Source: Gammaproteobacteria bacterium
Lineage (GTDB): Bacteria; Pseudomonadota; Gammaproteobacteria; Steroidobacterales; GCA-2729495
NCBI GenBank assembly: GCA_037387125.1
Contig: JARRLL010000012.1
Span: 63,369 to 73,830 of the forward strand
Direction of reading: 5' to 3'
Length of the DNA: 10,462 nucleotides
Both the position numbers and the translations under genes were made by a program. This document shows, piece after piece, positions 1 to 5,123 of the stretch. The notes beneath the pieces were generated by a model. That model was not told where the DNA came from. It made no database searches and worked only from the letters and a program-made list of their open reading frames with translations. Numbering within the stretch: the stretch's first letter is position 1; every line of letters begins with the position of its first letter.

Positions 1-16
1 TACCAAGGGCGTTCTC

Positions 17-1144
17 CTACTGCTTGATGCGCACCAGTTCGTTCAGCACGCCGTCCAGACCACCGAAGACCGAGATGTTGCCAACCTTGTCGGCAACCTT
101 CTCCAGTGCCTCCAGCTCCTTCAGGCGCAGAGCGACCGGGTTGCTCTCCATGACCTTCGCGGTGTTCAGCAACGAACGGGTCGCGTTGGTCTCCTCGCGG
201 CGACGGATCACGTTCGCCTGTGCGGCCTTGTCCGCTTCCACCACCTTTGCCAGGATTTCCTTCATATCACCCGGCAGGATGATGTCCTTTACGCCAATGC
301 CGCGCACCTCGACGCCGATCTCGGCCAGCTTGTCGCGCACGTGGTCGAACACCTCACGATCGACGGCGCCCTTATCTTCCAGCAACACGTCTAAAGTGCG
401 GGTACCCACGGCCGCGCGCAAACCAAACAGGATCTCCGAGCGCAGGAAGTCGAGCGGGAGCTTGACTGCCTTAAAGGCCTGCAATGCGTCTACGATGCGA
501 AAGTTAGCGGTCAGGTTGATGCGAATACCCACCTTATCGCGGGTCATAATCTCCTGACCGGTCACCTCCAGCGCGTTGATACGCAGATCCACAAAGTCGA
601 TATCGACATCGCGCTCGAACTTCCAGAACGCGTGCAGACCCGGCTGCAATGCGCCATTCAGCTCACCATCGACAAACAGCAGACCCACGTGGCCGTCCGG
701 CACCTTGCGCGCGAACACTGCGGCCATGATCATCGCGCCCGGGCGCACCAGGGCCTTCGCTACGCGCGGGGTCAGCTCAAAGTCCTCGGCGATATCCACC
801 TTGTCCACGGTGATGTCGATGACATCCTTCCAGAACAGGGCACGACGATCCGGACCCAGAACCTCACCCACCTGGTCGTTGAAGAAAACCAGGGCCACCT
901 CTGCCGGACCAGTCTTCACAACTTCGAACAACTGGTCGACTTCAGCGCGATGCTCCTTCACCAGGAAATCCTGCAGACGGTGCTGGAACAACGGCAGAGC
1001 CAGGTCGAACAACTCAACGTCGATACGACGCAGCGGGTCGACAAAGCGATGCAAGCCCGGCTTCAGGAAGCCGACAAAGTCACCGCGCTTGAACAGCAAG
1101 CCACGCTCGTGCTTACGCACGATAAAAGTACGAATGAATAACAT
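17..1144 (-). CDS. SPFH/band-7 domain protein (stomatin/slipin-like) with an N-terminal partial duplication of the SPFH fold
   Basis: ORF track 17..1171 minus (stop TAG at 17-19). The translation carries the band-7 core (GIRINLTANFRIVDALQAFKAV, LPGDMKEILAKVVEADKAAQANVIRRREETNA, ALRLKELEALEKVA). The N-terminal 140 aa repeat the first SPFH strand motifs (LLFKRGDFVGFLKPGLHRF vs LLFVDGELNGALQPGLHAF). A perfect SD (GGAGGTG) sits 7 nt upstream of the internal ATG beginning MLFIRT, so the real start is probably ~1144 rather than the TTG at 1171 used by the ORF track. Confidence 0.85.
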   Translation of the reverse strand: MLFIRTFIVRKHERGLLFKRGDFVGFLKPGLHRFVDPLRRIDVELFDLALPLFQHRLQDFLVKEHRAEVDQLFEVVKTGPAEVALVFFNDQVGEVLGPDRRALFWKDVIDITVDKVDIAEDFELTPRVAKALVRPGAMIMAAVFARKVPDGHVGLLFVDGELNGALQPGLHAFWKFERDVDIDFVDLRINALEVTGQEIMTRDKVGIRINLTANFRIVDALQAFKAVKLPLDFLRSEILFGLRAAVGTRTLDVLLEDKGAVDREVFDHVRDKLAEIGVEVRGIGVKDIILPGDMKEILAKVVEADKAAQANVIRRREETNATRSLLNTAKVMESNPVALRLKELEALEKVADKVGNISVFGGLDGVLNELVRIKQ

Positions 1145-1575
1145 TTTGATCACCTCCATTTCTTGCATCAATAACGGTCAAGTTCACGTGCCATGCACGA
1201 ACCAGCGACTGCCAGCTCGTAAAGCGACGCAACGTTTTGACCATGAACCGGGTCACCCCGGTACAACAGACTTCGTTGTTCGGCGCGTTCTTACAGACAT
1301 CCAGAGGAAAAAATTGCGGTGACGGCCACACTGTCGGGCGGGAGCACCGGCCCTGCAACGGCGGGTCCGTGTCGGCCTGGCAATCAGACTTCGCGCGCAC
1401 AGCCTCCGTGCAGGCACGCAACAAACTCTCTTGCACATGGAGAACATGAACTGGACGCAGCAGGGGAACGCTGAACCGGCCCGAACGAGTGCCGAGGCAA
1501 ATCCGTCAGCCGGATCGCTTATGCGACCGCTAAATAGTTTCACCTCCGGCCGCCCCGCGACGAATGAAACCGTCA

Positions 1576-1636
1576 TTCACGGGTGGATTCGAACCACGGG
1601 CTTACGCCCTTCCCATTGGATCAACTTAGCAGGTTG
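1576..1636 (-). pseudogene. tRNA-like remnant (T-arm GGTTCGAATCC consensus plus short hairpins, no recognisable anticodon arm)
   Basis: The reverse complement reads AAGTTGATCCAATGGGAAGGGCGTAAGCCCGTGGTTCGAATCCACCCGTGAATGACGG. It has a canonical T-loop but no D or anticodon arm that I can fold, and it is followed by a 7-bp hairpin (CGAATGAcggtTCATTCG). Confidence 0.3.
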
Positions 1637-1709
1637 ATGGAAACGCAGGAGTCGAACCTGCGACCGACAGATTCATGGTCTGTTGCTCTACCCTCTGAGC
1701 TAGATTCCA
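1637..1709 (-). tRNA. noncanonical tRNA; anticodon loop CCAUGAA (C33; formal anticodon AUG, possibly Met/Ile-like CAU shifted); no encoded CCA (trailer U-CAA)
   Basis: rc = TGGAATC TA GCTC AGAGGGTA GAGC A ACAGA CCATGAA TCTGT CGGTC GCAGG TTCGACT CCTGC GTTTCCA T. The acceptor pairs 6/7, and the D, anticodon and T stems are perfect. Position 33 is C and position 34 is A. Confidence 0.5.
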
Positions 1710-1925
1710 GTGGAGTTGGGTTTTACGAGCCGCTCGACACACACCGTGCGATGGATAGCGTTGGTGCGCCGGCCGGGTATACAGAACCCGCACCGCTGAA
1801 CGTCGTTCTGGCCCCAACCTTGGTTGACAATGCCGGGCATCAGGCACCGGCGTTGCCGTCCAGCCACGCTGACACGTTGCTGGTAAAACGGGACTCTGGA
1901 TGTCTGTCACGGACTACTCGATAAC

Positions 1926-2001
1926 TGGCGCGGCCCGAGGGATTCGAACCCCCATCTGCGACGTACGCACTGTCGTGCTCTTCCACTTAAGCTAGAACCG
2001 C
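1926..2001 (-). tRNA. tRNA, anticodon loop GUGCGUA -> GCG (Arg-like), CCA encoded; 31-39 A.C mismatch, U37
   Basis: rc = GCGGTTC TA GCTT AAGTGGAA GAGC A CGACA GTGCGTA CGTCG CAGAT GGGGG TTCGAAT CCCTC GGGCCGC G CCA. The acceptor has two G-U pairs. Confidence 0.5.
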
Positions 2002-2008
2002 ATAAAAC

Positions 2009-2084
2009 TGGCGCGACCCGAGGGATTTGAACCCCCATCTTCTGCCCTACCACGGCCTTGCTCTGCCAGTTGAGCTAGAGTCGC
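2009..2084 (-). tRNA. tRNA, anticodon loop GUGGUAG -> GGU (Thr-like), CCA encoded; anticodon stem only 3 WC pairs plus tandem A.G/G.A
   Basis: rc = GCGACTC TA GCTC AACTGGCA GAGC A AGGCC GTGGTAG GGCAG AAGAT GGGGG TTCAAAT CCCTC GGGTCGC G CCA. The T-arm and acceptor are nearly identical to the neighbouring tRNA at 1926-2001, suggesting tandem duplication with a diverged anticodon region. Confidence 0.5.
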
Positions 2085-2089
2085 ATTGA

Positions 2090-2160
2090 CAACCCGGGAC
2101 GGATTCGAACCGTCGTCTTCACTTCTGGAAGGTGACGTTCTGCCACTGAACTACCGGGAT
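2090..2160 (-). tRNA. tRNA-Trp (anticodon CCA); no encoded 3' CCA (trailer G-UCAA)
   Basis: rc = ATCCCGG TA GTTC AGTGGCA GAAC G TCACC TTCCAGA AGTGA AGAC GACGG TTCGAAT CCGTC CCGGGTT G. The D and T stems are perfect. The anticodon loop has U33 and CCA. There is a 31-39 C.A mismatch and a 2-71 U.U mismatch. Confidence 0.65.
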
Positions 2161-2177
2161 TCTGTTTCAAGAAATCG

Positions 2178-2261
2178 CATCCCGGGACGGAGTCGAACCG
2201 TGGTCTGCGCGTTCGGAAGTTACTGTTCGCAAGCACTATTCTGCCATTGAACTTTCGGAAC
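2178..2261 (-). pseudogene. 84-nt tRNA-like element related to the adjacent tRNA-Trp (same D-arm and T-arm/acceptor) with a disrupted or expanded anticodon region; pseudogene or unusual class-II-length tRNA
   Basis: rc = GTTCCGA AA GTTC AATGGCA GAAT A GTGCTTGCGAACAGTAAC TTCCGAA CGCGCAGAC CACGG TTCGACT CCGTC CCGGGAT G. The 5' acceptor strand does not pair with the 3' strand. It retains a TTCCGAA motif resembling the Trp anticodon loop TTCCAGA. I could not fold a canonical anticodon arm. Confidence 0.35.
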
Positions 2262-2319
2262 ATGGAAACAGGTAACGCCTGCGGCGTTCGTTACTTGCGT
2301 GTTTAAGTACACGCAAATT

Positions 2320-2394
2320 TGGTGGACCGTGAAGGACTTGAACCTTCATCTCGCCGGGTAAGAGCCGGGTGCTCTGCCATTAAGCTAACGATCC
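2320..2394 (-). tRNA. tRNA-Lys (anticodon CUU), CCA encoded
   Basis: rc = GGATCGT TA GCTT AATGGCA GAGC A CCCGG CTCTTAC CCGGG CGAGAT GAAGG TTCAAGT CCTTC ACGGTCC A CCA. All stems are canonical and U33 and A37 are present. Confidence 0.8.
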
Positions 2395-2400
2395 GTAATA

Positions 2401-2480
2401 TGGTTGAGGTAAACGACGAGAGTCGAACTCGTATCATCCGGGGTCACCTCCCGGGGTCTTGCCGTTAGACCACGTTTACC
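2401..2480 (-). tRNA. tRNA-His (anticodon GUG) with G-1:C73; anticodon loop AGGUGAC has G33; 3' end reads C73-UCAACCA
   Basis: rc = G GTAAACG TG GTCT AACGGCA AGAC C CCGGG AGGTGAC CCCGG ATGAT ACGAG TTCGACT CTCGT CGTTTAC C TCAACCA. The 8-bp acceptor with the extra 5' G is the His identity element. Four extra nucleotides (UCAA) lie between C73 and the CCA. Confidence 0.7.
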
Positions 2481-2482
2481 AT

Positions 2483-2558
2483 TGGTGCCTTGCATGAGAC
2501 TCGAACTCACATCTGTGGAGTGGCGCTCCACTGCTCTACCGCTTTGAACTAACAAGGC
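2483..2558 (-). tRNA. tRNA-Gly-like (anticodon GCC) with C33 instead of U33, CCA encoded
   Basis: rc = GCCTTGT TA GTTC AAAGCGGTA GAGC A GTGGA GCGCCAC TCCAC AGAT GTGAG TTCGAGT CTCAT GCAAGGC A CCA. Confidence 0.6.
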
Positions 2559-2575
2559 ATGTACATCAACGATTA

Positions 2576-2649
2576 TCAGGGCGGCTGGATTCGAACCAGC
2601 GGCTTCACGGATCCGGGCCGCGCGCTCTGCCAGACTGAGCTACACCCTG
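2576..2649 (-). tRNA. tRNA-Pro-like (anticodon CGG) with C33, no encoded CCA
   Basis: rc = CAGGGTG TA GCTC AGTCTGGCA GAGC G CGCGG CCCGGAT CCGTG AAGCC GCTGG TTCGAAT CCAGC CGCCCTG A. The D and T stems are perfect, and the anticodon stem has one G-U pair. Confidence 0.6.
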
Positions 2650-2657
2650 TTTGAATA

Positions 2658-2723
2658 TGGAGGTAATCGGAATCGAACCGATCTGCTCTGGCATGCAAAA
2701 CCGCTGCTTTCCCAGAAACCCCC
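2658..2723 (-). pseudogene. truncated tRNA-like element: acceptor stem plus perfect T-arm (ATCGG TTCGATT CCGAT) but no D-arm and no canonical anticodon arm; no CCA
   Basis: rc = GGGGGTT TC TGGGAAAGCAGCGGTTTTGCATGCCAGAGCAG ATCGG TTCGATT CCGAT TACCTCC A. Only a TCTGG/CCAGA 5-bp stem enclosing 20 nt could be drawn in the middle. Confidence 0.4.
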
Positions 2724-2725
2724 GT

Positions 2726-3005
2726 AAAGAATACGCGCCGCTATCGCGGCTTCTTAATTTGCGAGTACAAATACTCGCTTTCTGCCTCCGGCGGTGCTCT
2801 GCACGCCTTCACTCGCTAGCGCGCGTGAAGAGTTCCGAGCATGAGTGCCGCTATCGCGGCGTCTCAATTTGCGAGTAGAAATACTCGCAACTCTGCGCTT
2901 CACTTGGTGCTCTGCGCGCCTGCAATCGCTAATGCGATCGCAGAGCTCCGAGCATGTGAAACGCCTGCGGCGTTCATTATTTGCGAGTACAAATACTCGC
3001 AAATT
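2726..3005 (-). repeat. 2.5 tandem ~115-bp units, each ending in a small hairpin (GCCGC-TAT-CGCGGC or AACGCC-TGC-GGCGTT) plus a 22-26-bp perfect palindrome ATTTGCGAGTA-NAAA-TACTCGCAAAT
   Basis: Unit boundaries are marked by GAG(T/C)TCCGAGCATG at 2831-2844 and 2944-2957. The palindromes are at 2757-2778, 2866-2890 and 2979-3004, with a degenerate copy at 2295-2316 directly 3' of tRNA-Lys and another at about 6577-6603. The units contain GCAGAGCAC-type D-arm-like remnants, so they may be decayed tRNA genes that kept their 3' hairpin module. Confidence 0.6.
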
Positions 3006-3125
3006 TGGCTCCGGTCGCAGGGCTCGAACCTGCATCTGACCGATTAACAATCGGGAACTCTGAGATATCGAAACTTCGCCTCCTGGTCTTCAACCAGGCG
3101 CTCTGCCGTCTGAGCTACCGATACA
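3006..3125 (-). pseudogene. chimeric tRNA locus: 5' half of a tRNA-Phe (GAA) joined by a 26-nt linker to the 3' two-thirds of a tRNA-Asn (GUU) ending in CCA
   Basis: rc = GTATCGG TA GCTC AGACGGCA GAGC G CCTGG TTGAAGA CCAGG | AGGCGAAGTTTCGATATCTCAGAGTT | CCCGA TTGTTAA TCGGT CAGAT GCAGG TTCGAGC CCTGC GACCGGA G CCA. The 5' Phe acceptor (GTATCGG) is not complementary to the 3' acceptor (GACCGGA). Confidence 0.45.
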
Positions 3126-3276
3126 TTGGGCGGCGTTAACCACCAGCCCAGCGGGCAGCGCGTCGTCGCAAACGCACCTTGGCCTTGGCCTGCACGCCGG
3201 AACGCGCTGCCCGCATCGAGTAATCCGCATTGTTAAAGAACGCAAAAACAGTTCGCTACAACGCGTTCGACCGGGC

Positions 3277-3312
3277 ATAAAAAAACCCCGGTTGAACGAA
3301 ATCCAACCGGGG
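3277..3312 (-). terminator. rho-independent terminator on the minus strand (9-bp stem CCCCGGTTG/CAACCGGGG, 9-nt loop, then T7 on minus)
   Basis: Plus strand reads aaaaaaa-ccccggttg-aacgaaatc-caaccgggg. Confidence 0.6.
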
Positions 3313-3530
3313 CTATGTCCCTGGTCGGAAGGCTTGTTGCAGCAGCCTTCCGACATGTATTCGAAAGGCTAGGTAATCAATCCACTATGCTCGTAATTCA
3401 TTTCTTCAGGCCGAGCGTCGCCGTTGTCGCCGACCGGATTATTGGCCTGGCAAACGTTCGCCGCTTCACTACCTACGTAAGGCACCGGCCTATGTCGGCC
3501 CGCACTCACGCATTGGTTAAGCAAAATATT
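3277..3530 (-). ncRNA. candidate small RNA ending at a double hairpin (11-bp hairpin 3324-3354 followed by the intrinsic terminator 3277-3312); AT-rich promoter-like region upstream at 3520-3650
   Basis: No ORF longer than 10 codons on the minus strand here. The two adjacent strong hairpins plus U-run are typical of sRNA 3' ends. The AT-rich stretch (gcaaaatattttttgcacatatattcataa...) would supply the promoter. Only the 3' end is well defined. Confidence 0.25.
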
Positions 3531-3797
3531 TTTTGCACATATATTCATAAGGGCGCGGACTTTACTCCTCTACTTTTAAGTAGTCAAAGAAATATTTGTT
3601 ATAAGAACGTTCAGGCAAACAATAAAAACGGGCGAGAAAAAAACAGGAATCAAACTGTGCGCTTTCACCTGCGCTGATCGTCGATCACCTATCGGATCGC
3701 GACGGGTCCGCGAGAAGGCCAGAAAGTCTTCACCCTGCAAACGCTGCCGGTCAGCACCAGCTGGCCGGTGGGTGATTAGACGTTTGCTATCCGCACC

Positions 3798-3943
3798 CAA
3801 TGCGGCGGCCGGCTGCGCGTCATCGCCAGCATCGAATCGCCGGCGGTCATCGAGCGGATTCTCAAGCACCTTGGCCGGGAGGCCGTGCCGGTCGATCCTG
3901 CGCATCCGAGCCGGGCACCGCCCCGGTCAGATCGGCTGATCTG
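3798..3943 (+). pseudogene. C-terminal remnant (~48 codons) of an IS91-family transposase gene
   Basis: The frame opens just after an in-frame stop at the left edge of the repeat and ends at TGA 3941-3943. There is no upstream coding continuation. Confidence 0.45.
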
Positions 3944-4188
3944 ATTCTCTCGCCGATGCCCACGCCGCCCGGCCCCCGCGCCGGGAGGTGCGTGTGTTGA
4001 CCGGCGGCTTTGCCGGTTGGCATTTCCGGGTGAAAGGGGAAGATTCACGGACCCAACGACGTCGCCCGGGTGAGGCTCCGCCTGCATCGCGGCGTTCAAC
4101 CTGCCATCAACACCCCGATTGCAACATGCCTCTACCAATTCGAGTGAATCGGCTGCTCAAACATAGGTGGCTTATACTTCCTATTCGC
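3798..4188 (+). mobile_element. copy 1 of a ~390-bp IS91/ISCR-like 3'-end (oriIS-side) remnant: transposase C-terminal tail plus conserved non-coding region ending AACATAGGTGGCTTATACTTCCTATTCGC
   Basis: About 90% identical to 6819-7187, with a 26-bp insertion at about 4046-4071. The frame reads CGGRLRVIASIESPAVIERILKHLGREAVPVDPAHPSRAPPRSDRLI*, a C-terminal motif I recall from IS91-family HUH-Y2 transposases. The terminus (A)AACTTCCTAT(T)C matches the oriIS consensus of IS91/IS801/IS1294/ISCR as I remember it. Confidence 0.55.
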
Positions 4189-4212
4189 GATAGTCACAAT
4201 GCAGGTCTTGAT

Positions 4213-4256
4213 GTAGCCCAGCATCGGGCAGCGGATGCTGGGCTACGTTGTTTTTA
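4213..4256 (+). terminator. intrinsic terminator, plus-strand orientation (13-bp stem GTAGCCCAGCATC/GATGCTGGGCTAC, loop GGGCAGCG, then GTTGTTTTTAT)
   Basis: Perfect 13-bp inverted repeat followed by a T-run. It abuts the stop codon of the minus-strand lipoprotein gene (4257-4259), so the hairpin may also stabilise that transcript's 3' end. Confidence 0.55.
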
Positions 4257-5123
4257 TCACTGATTGCGGAAGGCTTCGATCGAGAAGATGACACTGCCGC
4301 TATCGATTTGGAAAAATATGGAATCCCGTTCTTGCGGTTTTTCGTCAATATAGATTAGCCCGCCGTATGCGCCGCCCAAGCTCGGGCCACAGTTTTCCGA
4401 GCTGAGTTCGACGCTCATATTGTAAAGATTCCTGTCGGAGCTACCCTCGATGTCGCTTATAGAGCCGGTCCACGTGCAGGCGCTGCCAGTTGAATCGAGT
4501 AAGTCGCCATTAAACGTGCCATCCGGGTTAAAGGTCAGAGTCACGCCTTGACCTGGAACCTGGCTATTCCAGATTCCAGAGAAGTCTTCTATTGCAGTGT
4601 TTCTATCGTAAAGCGGGTTGAAAAGTGTTTCGAACACGATTATATCCGGCTCCTGGTCGGCATCGTCTCCATCGTCGCATACGAACGAGCCTTGCAGTGC
4701 CGACTTTTCATCAAACTTTCCTTCCTCCGTTCGTTTATCAAAAGTGCCATCAACAGCGCAGTTGCTGGTAACTATGTCATCACCGATAGAAAAATCTTGC
4801 GAAGTGAAACGCGTGACGTCACCTGAAAGCTCAAGCCCTAAAACATCTGTGGAAGCTCCGCCCGACGCCTGAACTGAGTACTGCAGAGTAAAGACTCGCA
4901 TTTCCCCGGTATCTCCGATAATCGGTTCGGTCGTCAGAATGATGACGTTCTGATCTGTAGCGGAGTTGCCATCGGTCAGCGTGCCGTCCCAGATTCCACC
5001 CAATTGTATATCTGTCGGTGGTTGGTCTTTGCCAGGGCCATCGAAACCGCTATCACTGCCACCGCCGCAGGAGGCTAATGCGGCCGCAACTGCGGCAGAC
5101 AGCGCTGTATTTCTCTTAATCAT
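4257..5123 (-). CDS. hypothetical lipoprotein (signal peptide with lipobox LASC)
   Basis: The N-terminus MIKRNTALSAAVAAALASCGGG is a classic SPII lipobox. The mature part is rich in D/G/S/T. GC content is clearly lower than in the flanking DNA. No family is recognised. Confidence 0.7.
   Translation of the reverse strand: MIKRNTALSAAVAAALASCGGGSDSGFDGPGKDQPPTDIQLGGIWDGTLTDGNSATDQNVIILTTEPIIGDTGEMRVFTLQYSVQASGGASTDVLGLELSGDVTRFTSQDFSIGDDIVTSNCAVDGTFDKRTEEGKFDEKSALQGSFVCDDGDDADQEPDIIVFETLFNPLYDRNTAIEDFSGIWNSQVPGQGVTLTFNPDGTFNGDLLDSTGSACTWTGSISDIEGSSDRNLYNMSVELSSENCGPSLGGAYGGLIYIDEKPQERDSIFFQIDSGSVIFSIEAFRNQ

Noticed and set aside
24-1322. Plus-strand ORFs 24..557, 576..1322 and 632..1141 (169-248 aa)
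   Set aside because: They lie antisense to or overlap the well-supported SPFH gene, have low-complexity S/T/R-rich translations and no RBS. They are shadow ORFs in GC-rich DNA.
1113-1924. ORFs 1113..1436(-), 1237..1449(+), 1253..1576(-), 1431..1637(+), 1583..1924(+), 1626..1910(-)
   Set aside because: They overlap the tRNA array and its flanks, overlap each other in several frames, and have Arg/Cys/Pro-rich junk translations. The region is better explained as RNA genes and spacers.
2726-3005. Tandem repeats between tRNAs as a possible CRISPR array
   Set aside because: Units are ~115 bp with internal palindromes, there is no alternation of short identical repeats with unique spacers, and no cas genes are present. 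They fit tRNA-trailer hairpin modules or decayed tRNA units better.
2651-3050. ORFs 2651..2878(+), 2754..3050(-), 2841..3047(+), 2845..3039(+)
   Set aside because: They lie entirely within the tandem-repeat/tRNA region, and the repeated peptide segments arise from the DNA repeats. They are not genes.
1575-3125. tRNA array as a phage or ICE integration hotspot with an adjacent integrase
   Set aside because: No integrase, recombinase or phage-like ORF is present within the window, so the mobile-origin idea stays a hypothesis inside the array finding rather than a feature call.
3315-3677. ORF 3315..3677 (+, 120 aa)
   Set aside because: It starts inside a strong hairpin, its C-terminal third is translated AT-rich promoter-like DNA (NKNGREKNRNQ...), and it has no RBS. 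I prefer a non-coding interpretation (terminator plus candidate sRNA on the other strand).
3576-4263. ORFs 3576..3905(-), 3776..4138(-), 3800..4000(+), 3988..4263(+) and their counterparts 6657..7070(-), 7039..7242(+), 9445..9648(-), 9576..9779(+)
   Set aside because: All run through the ~390-bp repeat, which is why near-identical peptides (MNLPLSPGNANRQSRR...) appear two or three times. The only frame with plausible protein homology is the short plus-strand transposase tail ending at 3943 and 6966.
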